A DNA stretch of 64,000 bases, taken from Verrucomicrobiales bacterium (lineage in GTDB: Bacteria; Verrucomicrobiota; Verrucomicrobiia; Limisphaerales; UBA9464). The stretch's first letter is position 1, and every line of letters starts with the position of its first letter. Shown in pieces: positions 9,563 to 19,205 of this stretch. A program made the position numbers and the translations under genes. Under the pieces are notes generated by a model that did not search any database, was not told where the DNA came from, and saw only the letters and a program-made list of their open reading frames with translations. Location of the stretch: assembly GCA_005801385.1 (NCBI GenBank), contig SYEM01000307.1, forward strand, positions 198 to 64,197, in the 5' to 3' direction.

Positions 9563-10452
9563 CCCTCTCGGAGATGCGCCGATGGATCGATGTGCGGGGT
9601 CTGCAGCTGACCAAGTCACTCGGGCAGAACTTCCTCCACGACGGCAACCAGCTGCGGCGGATCGTCGCGGCGGCGGATCTCGGCGCTAGGGACCGGATCC
9701 TGGAGATCGGTCCCGGACTGGGGCCGCTCACCGAATTGCTCGTGGACACCGGACTTCCGGTGACGGCCGTTGAGAAGGATGCGCGCCTGATTCCCATCCT
9801 TGGGGAACGGTTTGCGGGAAGGGAGTCGCTCGCGCTCCTGCATCGCGACGCGCTGGAGTGGCTCCAGGAGAAACCCTCGGACTGGGACGACTGGAAGCTG
9901 GTGGCGAACCTCCCCTATTCGGTGGGCTCGCCGATCCTGGTGGAGCTGGCGCTGGCGCCACGACCGCCGCGTCGGATGGTGGCGACGCTCCAGTGGGAGG
10001 TGGTGCAGCGTCTCGTGGCGGCTCCCGACACCGACGCCTACGGATTGCTCACCGTGCTGGTCGGACTCCAGTTCCAGTCGGCTGGGTCTTTCAAGGTGCC
10101 CAAGGACTGTTTCTTCCCGGCCCCGGATGTCGAATCCGCCTGCATCACCCTGGTGCGCCGTCCGGAACCGCTGCTGCCGCCGGCGTTGATTCCATTGTAT
10201 TCCCAGATCGTGAAGACCGCCTTCGGCCAACGGCGCAAGATGCTGCGGAAGCTGCTCCGGAACCGCTGGACAGAGGACCAGCTAAGCCCGGCCCTCGCAG
10301 CGGCCTTAATCCCGGAGACGGCGCGGGCCGAGACCGTGGATGTGGAGGGTTGGGTCCACCTGACGCGGGCCCTCGCGGACACGTTGGGGCGACCGCGGAA
10401 CGGGCCCACTGATCCGGCGTTCGGCGTTGAAGACCGGCCCAACGAATCCTAG
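9559..10452 (+). CDS. rsmA: 16S rRNA (adenine1518/1519-N6)-dimethyltransferase
   Basis: 297 aa. SLGQNFLHDGNQLRRIV, ILEIGPGLGPLT SAM motif, ANLPYSVGSPIL. ATGA overlap with the upstream gene. Confidence 0.9.
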   Translation: MTLSEMRRWIDVRGLQLTKSLGQNFLHDGNQLRRIVAAADLGARDRILEIGPGLGPLTELLVDTGLPVTAVEKDARLIPILGERFAGRESLALLHRDALEWLQEKPSDWDDWKLVANLPYSVGSPILVELALAPRPPRRMVATLQWEVVQRLVAAPDTDAYGLLTVLVGLQFQSAGSFKVPKDCFFPAPDVESACITLVRRPEPLLPPALIPLYSQIVKTAFGQRRKMLRKLLRNRWTEDQLSPALAAALIPETARAETVDVEGWVHLTRALADTLGRPRNGPTDPAFGVEDRPNES

Positions 10453-10461
10453 CCTCCAGCC

Positions 10462-11370
10462 GTGTTCAGCGAGCGGGACTCCACGGGTGCCTTCGGCGGA
10501 TTCGGCCAGCGGTCGGCGACACTGTGGCTGACCGTCGGGTTCCTCATCGTCTTCGCGCTCCAGTGCATCAATGACGTCTATCTGCACTCCCCGGTCGAGG
10601 GGTGGCTGGCCCTGACCCGTCGGGGCATCCTGGATGGATGGGTCTGGCAGCTGTTCACCTTCCAGCTGCTGCATGCGAACTTCTTCCATCTGGTCTTCAA
10701 CCTCGTCGTCTTCTGGTGGCTGGGCCAGTTCTGCGAGGGGTTGATGGGTGTCCGTCGCTTCCTCGTGGCCCTGTTCGGGTGTGGTGCCGTGGGCGGGCTG
10801 CTGCAGGGGGCGCTGATGGTGTTCTTTTCCCAGCACTTCGGGGCGGCGTCGGTGGGGGCCTCCGCGGGCGTTTTCGGGCTGCTGTCGGTGTTCGCGCTCT
10901 GTGAGCGGGATGCGGAGATCCGGCTCTATTTCGTGATCCCGGTCCGGGCGATCTGGGTGTTGTGGGCCAGTCTCGCCATCTCCGCCTTCTTCACACTGGT
11001 CCCCACACCCCGCGAGTACGGTGTGGCCCACGCAGCCCACCTCGGCGGCCTGCTGGCCGGTATGATGTGGCACCGAATGGGTTGGTATCACGAATTTCAG
11101 CCGCTTCCAGGGGCCGTGCTCCTTCAATCGCTTCGGGAACGGTTCTCGAGACCGCAGACCCAACGACGTGGGCCCGCCGACCGCTGGGCGTCCTTGGAGA
11201 TGGAGCCCGGTCGACCCATGTCCCGTCCGACGAAGACCGCTCCACCCGCGGGGCAGGACCTGTCCCGGGAGGTCGATCGGATTCTCGACAAGATGAACGC
11301 CAAGCAGCCGTTGACGGACGCCGAGCGGGAGCTCCTGCACCAGGCCGGACGCCGGATCGGACGCCGTTAG
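10462..11370 (+). CDS. rhomboid-family intramembrane serine protease
   Basis: 302 aa, GTG start. Catalytic Ser in GASAGVFGLL and His in AAHLGGLLAG, multiple TM helices, hydrophilic C-terminal tail. Confidence 0.85.
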   Translation: MFSERDSTGAFGGFGQRSATLWLTVGFLIVFALQCINDVYLHSPVEGWLALTRRGILDGWVWQLFTFQLLHANFFHLVFNLVVFWWLGQFCEGLMGVRRFLVALFGCGAVGGLLQGALMVFFSQHFGAASVGASAGVFGLLSVFALCERDAEIRLYFVIPVRAIWVLWASLAISAFFTLVPTPREYGVAHAAHLGGLLAGMMWHRMGWYHEFQPLPGAVLLQSLRERFSRPQTQRRGPADRWASLEMEPGRPMSRPTKTAPPAGQDLSREVDRILDKMNAKQPLTDAERELLHQAGRRIGRR

Positions 11371-11400
11371 TCACACCCCTGGGACCGGGGTTGGAACAGT

Positions 11401-11727
11401 TCAGGCGACGGAGGCCTGGATCCATTCCAGATACCGCTGACTTCCCGACTCGATCGGCAACACGACGAATGCGGCCGTGTCGTAGGGATGCGCGGCGAGC
11501 ACCGCCTCCTGCAGCATCGGGATCCGGTCCGCCGTGGTCTTCATCACCATCAGGACCTCCTGTGCCGACTCCAGACGTCCCTGCCACCAATACTGGGACT
11601 CGATGCCGGGGACGAGATTGACGCAGGCCACGAGTCGGGCCTCGAGCACCTGTCGTCCGAGACGACGCGCTGTCTCCGGGTCGGGCGCGGTCACCAGGAC
11701 CACGCGGGAAGGCTCGGTTGGGGTCAT
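11401..11727 (-). CDS. cutA: divalent-cation tolerance protein CutA
   Basis: 108 aa. VLVTAPD...A..L......LVACVNL.PGIESQYWWQG....AQEVLMVMKT is the CutA1 signature. Confidence 0.9.
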   Translation of the reverse strand: MTPTEPSRVVLVTAPDPETARRLGRQVLEARLVACVNLVPGIESQYWWQGRLESAQEVLMVMKTTADRIPMLQEAVLAAHPYDTAAFVVLPIESGSQRYLEWIQASVA

Positions 11728-11728
11728 A

Positions 11729-11765
11729 AACGGATCAAACCATGATCCCGGGAACGGATCAAACC
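11729..11765. repeat. perfect 13-nt direct repeat AACGGATCAAACC x2 (11729-11741 and 11753-11765)
   Basis: Read directly from the sequence. Start-to-start spacing is 24 nt. It lies in the 82-nt divergent cutA/DUF1232 intergenic region, and the first copy abuts the cutA start codon. Confidence 0.9.
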
Positions 11766-11809
11766 TGCCCGTTGCCCGGGCTTCCGGGTCCCCCTAGTGT
11801 CGGCCCGCT

Positions 11810-12214
11810 ATGTCCGAAATTGCCAACTACGTGATGCACGGTTCCGCCCAGGTCACCCCGTCGATGCTCGACAAGGTGCTCCGCAACCTACCGATCTGGA
11901 AGGTCGAGTTCGCCCAGATCCACGCGCCCGCCTTCCCTCATCTCGTGGACCAGCTGGAGTTCCTGGCCGACGTTGTCGAGGACGTGGCCGAGGGCGCCTA
12001 CAAGGAACTGCCCTACCACGCCCTGAGCTCGGCCGTCTTCGCGCTCACCTACGCCCACCGTAAGAACGACATCATCCCTGACTCCATCGGCGCCCTCGGT
12101 CGGGCGGACGACTCGAGCGTGGTCCGGGCTGCCCTGATTCTCCACGAGAAGGCATTCCGGAACTATGCGGAGAAGATGGATTTCGACTGGAGCCGGATCA
12201 CCAGCAAGGCCTAA
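11810..12214 (+). CDS. DUF1232 (YkvA-like) domain protein
   Basis: 134 aa. YAHRKNDIIPDSIGALGRADDSSVV matches the DUF1232 Y..D.IPD.iG..DD core. Confidence 0.6.
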   Translation: MSEIANYVMHGSAQVTPSMLDKVLRNLPIWKVEFAQIHAPAFPHLVDQLEFLADVVEDVAEGAYKELPYHALSSAVFALTYAHRKNDIIPDSIGALGRADDSSVVRAALILHEKAFRNYAEKMDFDWSRITSKA

Positions 12215-12296
12215 GAAGCACGGGTCCATGGGTCCTGGCAGGCGCGTCCGGATCGGGTACGCCACCGACAACGTGTCGACCGAGCCCCACGCCGCC

Positions 12297-12794
12297 TCAG
12301 AGATCCTTCAGAAAGCGCTGCAGCGGCTTGAGGTCGGGGTCCTCAAGTCCCATCGAACGGATCTCCGCCTTGGGACGGAGCCGGGCGGCCATGAGGATCC
12401 AGTTCTGCGCGCCGATCTCGTCGCCAAGCTGACAGGCGTAACAGGCGAGATTGTAGGGGATGATCGAGTCCTTTGGAAAACGAGCGATGATCGACTTCAG
12501 ACCGTCGAGAGCCTCCCGGGTCCGCCCCAGCTCATGGAGGCTGTAGCTCCGGTTCACCCAGCCATTCACGCGGTTGGGGGCGATCCGGATCAGTTCACCG
12601 GCGATTTCCACCGCGTTGTCCCATCGTTTCTGATGGGCGAGGACACGCCACAGGATCTCCAGGACGTCGGGATGCCCCTGATGGGCCTTGGAGATCCCCT
12701 CAAGCTCCCGCACCGCCTCCCCGATCACACCCAACTCAAGCCAGCCTTCGGCCGAAGAGGCATGATGCCGATCAGGGTAGGGAAGTTCGTCCAC
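12297..12794 (-). CDS. tetratricopeptide-repeat protein
   Basis: 165 aa. TPR-like helical repeats (AVEIAGELIRIAPNRVNGWVNRSYSLHELGRTREALDGL, PYNLACYACQLG). It overlaps only the spurious N-terminal extension of the 12165-14369 track ORF. Confidence 0.6.
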   Translation of the reverse strand: MDELPYPDRHHASSAEGWLELGVIGEAVRELEGISKAHQGHPDVLEILWRVLAHQKRWDNAVEIAGELIRIAPNRVNGWVNRSYSLHELGRTREALDGLKSIIARFPKDSIIPYNLACYACQLGDEIGAQNWILMAARLRPKAEIRSMGLEDPDLKPLQRFLKDL

Positions 12795-12857
12795 GGGGCG
12801 CTCCGTCTAGGGGCATCGGGCGCATTTGGCAAAAGGCTTTTGGTATTGGCACTCGGC

Positions 12858-14369
12858 ATGGCCACCGTCGCCGCGCCGTCGATCCCCCTTGCCCAAACCC
12901 CGGCGTCCGGGGCTCCGGATGCGGTCTCCACCCTCCCAGCGCTCCGCTCGCGGTTGCAGACGGCCCTTTCCGGCACGGGCTCACCCTCCGCCCTCTGGGG
13001 AGCCCAGGTCACCTCCCTAGCGACCGGGGAAACCTGGTATGCCACCAATGCCGGAACCCGGTTCATCCCCGCATCGACGGTGAAGCTGTTCACCGCGGCT
13101 CTGTTCCTGGATCGCCTTGGGCCGGGATTCACCTTCAGAACCCCGATCCGGATCCGCGGCGGACTCCCGACGGACGGCATCCTGAAGGGACCGCTCTGGA
13201 TCGAAGGAACGGGGGATCCAACCCGCTCGGCCCGGTGGAACCAGGGGCGATGGGAACTGGCCTTCGCCCCAGTGGCAAAGGCGCTCGGAGCGGCAGGCAT
13301 CCTCCGGATCGAAGGGGATCTGATCTGTGACGAGGGCGGCTTCCGGACAACGCCGCTGGGTCGGGGATGGGACTGGGATGATGCGGCCTACAGCTTCGCA
13401 CCGTCGGTCTCTGCACTGTCCGCCGAGGACAACTGCGTCCAGTTGCGTTTTCTCCCGGGCCCGGGTGCCGGATCGCCGGTGGCGATCCGGATGGACCCGG
13501 TCTCCGCAGGATTCCGACTCGAGAACCAGCTTGCGACCAGTCCGTCCGGGGATCCTCGGCGGCTGGAACTCCATCGCCTGCCAGGACACGACCGGCTGGT
13601 GCTCCGCGGGTCGATCCCCGTCGGCGGGAATCCCACGACGGAATCCACCCCGGTGCCGGACCCTGCACGTTGGTTCGGTGACCTCCTTCGCGAGGCGCTC
13701 CGGATCCGCGGAATCCCGGTGACGGGATCGGTCGTCGTCATCGACAACGATGTCCGGCGACGTGAACCCCCGTCGACGAACGGCTGGACCGAGCTCGTCT
13801 CCCTGACCTCACCGCCAGCGCTCGAGATCGTGCGGGACATGGTCAAGGCCTCCCGGAACCTTCCCGCCCAACTGCTCTGGCTGACCGCCGGCGCTGCCGG
13901 GTCGGAGAACGCGGGTCCCACGACAGAGACGACGACCGACGAGCTCTCCGCGGCGGCGCTGGGTGTATTCCTCAAGGACAATGGGTTCGTTCCGAACGAC
14001 GTCCTGATCGAGGAGGGATCCGGCCTGTCGCGTCGGAACCTCGCCACGCCCCGGTCCCTCGTCCACCTGCTGCGTCGGATGTCGGAGCACCGGTGTCGCG
14101 AAGCCTGGGACCTATCGTTTCCGGTAGGTGGGATGGATGGAACGCTTTCCCGGCGCTTCACCCGCCCTCCCACGCTCGGGAACGTCCGGGCAAAGACCGG
14201 CACCCTGAGATACACCGGGAGCCTCGCCGGCTACCTGACCAATGCCGTCGGCACCCCGCTCGCCTTTGCCATCATGGCCAACGGCTTCGAATCCACCGCG
14301 GACGGGCCGACGGTCCGAGATGAGATCGACCGATGGATCGAGATCCTTGCCCAGTCGAAGACTCGATGA
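12858..14369 (+). CDS. dacB: D-alanyl-D-alanine carboxypeptidase/endopeptidase (PBP4 family)
   Basis: SxxK at PASTVKLFT and KTG at RAKTGTL, PBP4-length domain. Start uncertain: ATG 12858, or ATG 12762, which gives a better signal peptide (...GKRLLVLALGMATVAAPSIPLAQ) but overlaps the divergent TPR gene. The track ORF start at 12165 is rejected. Confidence 0.8.
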   Translation: MATVAAPSIPLAQTPASGAPDAVSTLPALRSRLQTALSGTGSPSALWGAQVTSLATGETWYATNAGTRFIPASTVKLFTAALFLDRLGPGFTFRTPIRIRGGLPTDGILKGPLWIEGTGDPTRSARWNQGRWELAFAPVAKALGAAGILRIEGDLICDEGGFRTTPLGRGWDWDDAAYSFAPSVSALSAEDNCVQLRFLPGPGAGSPVAIRMDPVSAGFRLENQLATSPSGDPRRLELHRLPGHDRLVLRGSIPVGGNPTTESTPVPDPARWFGDLLREALRIRGIPVTGSVVVIDNDVRRREPPSTNGWTELVSLTSPPALEIVRDMVKASRNLPAQLLWLTAGAAGSENAGPTTETTTDELSAAALGVFLKDNGFVPNDVLIEEGSGLSRRNLATPRSLVHLLRRMSEHRCREAWDLSFPVGGMDGTLSRRFTRPPTLGNVRAKTGTLRYTGSLAGYLTNAVGTPLAFAIMANGFESTADGPTVRDEIDRWIEILAQSKTR

Positions 14370-15260
14370 TCAGCCCAGGCCCTGCTGCGTGAGCCACAGG
14401 GCTCGGAAATAGCGCATCACCCGGATGGGGTCCGGACTCTCCCCGATCTCCGCCATCGTGTAGCCGCGGAACCCGGAGTCGGACAGAAGGCGGAACAGCC
14501 GGCTCCACGGGTATTCGTCGAGGTAGAGATCCCTCAGGTGGACCGACACGATGCGGTCCTGGACCCGGCGGAAGTTCGCATCGAGCCCCTCGCCCTCCAG
14601 ATCCGTCTGGTTGGAGTTCCAGCAGACGCCCACGTTCGGATGTCGGGCGTGGTTCATGATTGTCTGCACGTGGGGCAGCAGCGACGTGCCCGAACCGTGG
14701 ACCTCGAGCCGGATGACCTGTCCGTGGTCCTTTGCGAATCCTCCGAGCTCGAGCAGCGAGGTTCCAATCTGCTCCAGGGTTTTTTCGACGGGAACCTCCT
14801 TGGGAAGGCCATTCGGTCGCACCTTGACCCCGGAGGCCCCCACGTCGTGGGCGAGCACGATGTACTCCTTCGTCGCGGCGATGTCGGCCCGGAGCTTCGC
14901 CAGGTCGGGAGTGTGGTAGTCGAATGCACTGCCAAGGCCCATAAGTTCGACCGGGGAGTCGGCGAACCGCCTGCGGATCTCGGCACGTGCCTGGGAATTG
15001 AGAGTGACCTCGACGCCGTGTCGGTGGGTTGTGCGGAGCTCCACGCCCTCGAAGCCGGTGACGGAGCAGTTCTTGAGGAGGGTGGGAACGTCCCAATCCT
15101 TGGCGAGGTTGTAGGTGACGAGTCCCAGCCTGAAGGGAGAGCGGCGACTCGGTCCGGCCGGCTCGGCGGCGACTGACGGAAAGTGGGTACCCGGAACCGT
15201 CGAGGCGGTGACGGCGGCGAGCGAGAGGGTCCGGAGGAAGTCGCGACGCTTGGGGGTCAT
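14370..15260 (-). CDS. sugar phosphate isomerase/epimerase (xylose-isomerase-like TIM barrel), Tat-exported
   Basis: 296 aa. Twin-arginine signal MTPKRRDFLRTLSLAAVTAS. AP-endonuclease-2/xylose-isomerase-like barrel pattern (GFEGVELR ... LEVHG). Confidence 0.75.
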   Translation of the reverse strand: MTPKRRDFLRTLSLAAVTASTVPGTHFPSVAAEPAGPSRRSPFRLGLVTYNLAKDWDVPTLLKNCSVTGFEGVELRTTHRHGVEVTLNSQARAEIRRRFADSPVELMGLGSAFDYHTPDLAKLRADIAATKEYIVLAHDVGASGVKVRPNGLPKEVPVEKTLEQIGTSLLELGGFAKDHGQVIRLEVHGSGTSLLPHVQTIMNHARHPNVGVCWNSNQTDLEGEGLDANFRRVQDRIVSVHLRDLYLDEYPWSRLFRLLSDSGFRGYTMAEIGESPDPIRVMRYFRALWLTQQGLG

Positions 15261-15407
15261 GAGGGAATGATTCGGAACACGGATTCCTTTGCAACGACCG
15301 AGGTCTTCGCCGGGCGCACAGCGGCCCTTGTGGACGCCTCGGTGTCGACCCTGCCCCGAGCTCTTTGCCCTGTGATCCCCGGGCTGGCGTCGCTAGCGTT
15401 TGGAGCC

Positions 15408-18400
15408 ATGCCGCGCTCCCGAGGACTGTCGACCCTGGTGCTCTCCACCTTCTTCGTGTCCGGCATCGCTGGCCTCGTCTACCAGGTCGTCTGGACCCGC
15501 TACCTGGCCCTGTTCCTCGGGCACACCAGCTATGCCGTGATCGCGGTCCTCGCGGCCTTCATGGGCGGACTCGCCCTCGGTAACGCCTGGCTCGGCTCCA
15601 TCGTGGATCGGATGCCGAGGCCGCTTCAATTCTATGCGGGACTCGAACTCGGGATCGGCGTCTTCGCACTGCTGTTCCCGATCTACTACGAGCTGATGCA
15701 CCGGGGCTACCTGGCGCTTCTTGGCATGGGGACCCCCCAAGGGATGCTCCGGCTCGGCATCCAGGGACTGTTCGCGGCGGCGACCATCCTGATTCCCACG
15801 ATCCTCATGGGGGCCACCCTGCCGGCCCTGACACGGTTCGTGACCCGATCGCTCTCCGAACTGCGGGGTCGGGTGGCCACGCTGTACGCGATCAACAGCA
15901 CCGGGGCCGTCGTCGGGGTCCTGCTGGCCGACTGGTGGTGGATCCCGGGACTGGGTCTCGAGGTGACCCTGTATCTGGGAGCCGCCATGAGTCTGCTGGT
16001 GGGGCTCGTCGCCCTCGCGACAAGCCGCGTCCTGGAACAGGGGTCCAGTCCGACCTCCGGCATGATCGCGATAGAGACACCGGAAGCGTTCTCGCCCCGA
16101 CAGCTTCGGACGGCGGTCTGGGCGATCGGCGTCTCCGGTTTCGTCGCGATGCTCTACGAGGTCGTCTGGACCCGACTGCTTGGATTGGCGATCGGGTCCA
16201 GCACCCACGCCTATTCCCTGATGCTGGCCACCTTCATCGGGGGCATCGCCGCGGGGGGCTGGCTGATCCAGCGCTGGAGGACCCCGGGGAAGACCCTTCT
16301 GGGCTTCGCGGTGGCCGAGCTGGCCCTCGCCGCAACGCTGGCGGCATCCCTCTGGTTCTACGATCTGATCCCATGGTGGCTGAGCCGTCTGGCGGGTCTT
16401 CTCGCCCGGACACCCTCTTCCTATCCCGTCTACGAACTGCTCCAGGGCGCGCTTTGTCTGGCCGTGATGTTCATTCCGACGGTCTGTCTGGGCACGACAC
16501 TGCCGCTGGCCAGCCGGATCGCCACCGCCGAGCTCGGGAGGGCCGGAGGATCCGTCGGGCGAGTCTTCGCGGTGAACACCCTCGGGACGGTTCTCGGAGC
16601 CATTCTTACCGGGCTCGTCTTCCTGCCACGACTCGGCCTCGCCCACACCCTGGGCCTCGGAATCGCGCTGAATGCCGCTGTGGGTCTCATGCTGCTCACC
16701 GAGACCCGACCGCGCGATCGACGGCTCTGGATCGCCGCGGCCTTGGTTCTGTTGGTCGTGTTCTGGGGGACGTCGGTGCTATCACCGCGGTGGGAAAGGG
16801 CGTTTGCACTGGGAATCTGGCGATCCAAGACACCCCCAGCCACCTGGGAGGAGTATCGGCGACAGGTCGACGGCACCGTCCTGCGCTACCACAAGGACGG
16901 AGCCGGCTCATCCGTGACGGTGCTCTCCAGCATGCAACTCGGTGAGGAGAACCTTCTCCTGAGGGTGAACGGGAAGACCGATGCGACGTCGATCGGCGAC
17001 GCCCCCACACAGGCCCTACTCGCCCACGTCCCGCTGCTGACCCGCCCCGGCTCCACGGACGTGCTCGTCGTCGGACTCGGGAGCGGCATGACGGTCGGCT
17101 CGGCGCTCCGACATCCCGGAGTGAAGCGGGTCGACGTCGTCGAGATCTCCCCGGAGGTGGTGGAGGCCACACGACAGTTCTTCACGCCGTTCAACCACGG
17201 GGCGTTGGAGGATCCCCGGACCCATCTCGTCGTCGAGGATGCCAAGGCCTTTCTGAAGGCGACACCCCAGCGGTACGACGTGGTGATCTCAGAACCTTCG
17301 AACCCGTGGATGGCCGGGGTGGCTGGGGTGTTCAGCCGGGAATTCTACGGGGACATCCGGGATCGGCTAAAACCTGGAGGCATCGCGGCCCAATGGCTCC
17401 AGATGTACGAGATGGACGACCGCACGGTGGACCTGGTGATCAACACCTTCGCCTCGGTGTTTCCCGAGGTGGGGATTTGGATGGTGGGGGGGCGGGATCT
17501 CGTGCTGCTGGGGACGCTGGAACCCGTGGTGGTCGATCCGGCGCAGATGGGACGCGCGGCCGAACACCCCGAGGTGCGGGCGGACCTGGCCCGAGTCGGC
17601 ATCCGGGATCTGACCTCGCTGCTGAACCTTGAGCTCATTCCCATGGGGGATGGGATCTTCGTTCCCGACCCCGCAACCCCGGTGCACAGCGACCTCAATC
17701 CGATCCTCGAATACGCCGCGCAGCGGGCATTCTTCGCCCGGGGCGAGCCCGGCAAGATCTTCGCATTGTCGGAGGGTCGGAACCCGAGGCCACGCGGCCT
17801 GGCCGCTCGACATCTTTCAGGACGGCGGATGACCACCAATGAGCTGTGGGCGACATCGACACTGTTCCGAGCCTCATCCATGCCGGAACCCGAGGTGTTC
17901 CGCTCCCAGCTGCGCCTCTGGCTCGCGACGGAGCCAGGACAACCTGAACCGGTGCGGCTGCTGTCGGCCCTCGAACGCAGCATCGCCGCGCCCGACAACT
18001 CGGCCCTCGCCGAGGCCGACCTGCCGGGCTGGAGGGAGGCACGGGACCGGGGTGACATTCCCATGATGAGGTCGCAGGCCGCGGCACTGATGACCCAGCA
18101 TCGCACCCGGCGCTCGGCCCATTACCTCCCCGACACGCAGGAGCTGGAGCAGACCCTGAGGCGGCTGATCGACGCCGACCTCGCGCTCAGACGGGTGCAC
18201 CGGGCACGTCTCGCGGAGGTCCTCTGGGACCGTGGCGACGATGTCGAGTTCATGGCGACGGCCCTGAAGGCCTTCGCCAATGACTCCGGCGAGAATGGTC
18301 CCTATGACTTTTCGGCCGATCCCCGAGCACCCAGGCTGGTGATCGCACGGATGCTGCTGGTGCTCGCGCAGAAGGAGGACTGGAAGACAGCGCTACAGCT

Positions 18401-18533
18401 AGTCAAGGAGGCCGTGGAGAAGGGATTCGCGGGCGAGGAGGCCGCCTTCCAGGAGCCGCTCCTCGAGCACCACGCACGCCGGATTTTCTCCAAGGCCACA
18501 GCCCTCGGCGTCCAACGGTCCCCACTGCCATGA
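15408..18533 (+). CDS. fused polytopic membrane domain / spermidine-synthase-like domain / C-terminal helical domain protein
   Basis: The track ORF is trimmed to ATG 15408 (MPRSRGLSTLVLSTFFVSGIAGLVYQVVWTRYL). About 480 aa of TM helices come first. Then a SAM-fold aminopropyltransferase-like region (VLVVGLGSGMTVGSAL, VDVVEISPEVV, YDVVISEPSNPWMAGVAGVFSREFY), then about 330 aa that are helix-rich. Confidence 0.85.
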   Translation: MPRSRGLSTLVLSTFFVSGIAGLVYQVVWTRYLALFLGHTSYAVIAVLAAFMGGLALGNAWLGSIVDRMPRPLQFYAGLELGIGVFALLFPIYYELMHRGYLALLGMGTPQGMLRLGIQGLFAAATILIPTILMGATLPALTRFVTRSLSELRGRVATLYAINSTGAVVGVLLADWWWIPGLGLEVTLYLGAAMSLLVGLVALATSRVLEQGSSPTSGMIAIETPEAFSPRQLRTAVWAIGVSGFVAMLYEVVWTRLLGLAIGSSTHAYSLMLATFIGGIAAGGWLIQRWRTPGKTLLGFAVAELALAATLAASLWFYDLIPWWLSRLAGLLARTPSSYPVYELLQGALCLAVMFIPTVCLGTTLPLASRIATAELGRAGGSVGRVFAVNTLGTVLGAILTGLVFLPRLGLAHTLGLGIALNAAVGLMLLTETRPRDRRLWIAAALVLLVVFWGTSVLSPRWERAFALGIWRSKTPPATWEEYRRQVDGTVLRYHKDGAGSSVTVLSSMQLGEENLLLRVNGKTDATSIGDAPTQALLAHVPLLTRPGSTDVLVVGLGSGMTVGSALRHPGVKRVDVVEISPEVVEATRQFFTPFNHGALEDPRTHLVVEDAKAFLKATPQRYDVVISEPSNPWMAGVAGVFSREFYGDIRDRLKPGGIAAQWLQMYEMDDRTVDLVINTFASVFPEVGIWMVGGRDLVLLGTLEPVVVDPAQMGRAAEHPEVRADLARVGIRDLTSLLNLELIPMGDGIFVPDPATPVHSDLNPILEYAAQRAFFARGEPGKIFALSEGRNPRPRGLAARHLSGRRMTTNELWATSTLFRASSMPEPEVFRSQLRLWLATEPGQPEPVRLLSALERSIAAPDNSALAEADLPGWREARDRGDIPMMRSQAAALMTQHRTRRSAHYLPDTQELEQTLRRLIDADLALRRVHRARLAEVLWDRGDDVEFMATALKAFANDSGENGPYDFSADPRAPRLVIARMLLVLAQKEDWKTALQLVKEAVEKGFAGEEAAFQEPLLEHHARRIFSKATALGVQRSPLP

Positions 18534-19129
18534 CTCCTGGCTCCCATCCTCTGGCACGGTCCCAGCCCCTTCCGCCGGTCGTCCTGGCCTCCCAGTCCCC
18601 GCGCCGGGTCTCCCTGCTGAGGGAACTCGTGCCCGAGTTCCGTGTAAACCCCTCCGACGCGACCGAGCTACACGACACGAACATGGGGATCCGCCGCCTC
18701 TGTGAGGTGAATGCCGAGCTGAAGGCGTTCCCGGTCGCCCGCCAATTTCCGGATCACCTCGTCATCGGGGCCGACACCCTCGTGTTCCTGGACGACCAGG
18801 CGCTGGGCAAGCCTGCCGACCTCGAAGAAGCCCGCACCATGCTCCGGCACCTCTCGGGGCGGATCCACCAGGTCATCACCGGCGTCTGCCTGCTGCAGGC
18901 GTCGACGCGCCGCATGCGTCGGTTTTCGGAAACGACGCATGTGCGATTCCGGGTGTTGGAGGAGGAGGACATCGCCGGCTACCTCGAACGGGTTCACGTG
19001 CTGGACAAGGCCGGCGCCTACGCCCTCCAGGAGGAGGGCCATCGGATCGTGGATGCGGTCGAAGGATCCCGCGCCAACGTCATCGGACTCCCGGTGGAGT
19101 GCCTGCGTCGCGAGCTCGAGTCTTGGTAG
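18530..19129 (+). CDS. maf: Maf-like nucleoside triphosphate pyrophosphatase
   Basis: 199 aa. VVLASQSPRRVSLL, IGADTLVFLD..ALGKP, GAYALQE. ATGA overlap with the upstream gene. Confidence 0.9.
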   Translation: MTPGSHPLARSQPLPPVVLASQSPRRVSLLRELVPEFRVNPSDATELHDTNMGIRRLCEVNAELKAFPVARQFPDHLVIGADTLVFLDDQALGKPADLEEARTMLRHLSGRIHQVITGVCLLQASTRRMRRFSETTHVRFRVLEEEDIAGYLERVHVLDKAGAYALQEEGHRIVDAVEGSRANVIGLPVECLRRELESW

Positions 19130-19205
19130 GGGACCAGTCCCACGATCCAGACCTGGCCGAAGGCAGTTCTCTTGCCCCGGCTCTCCTTCCGAGGAAGCTT
19201 CCGGC

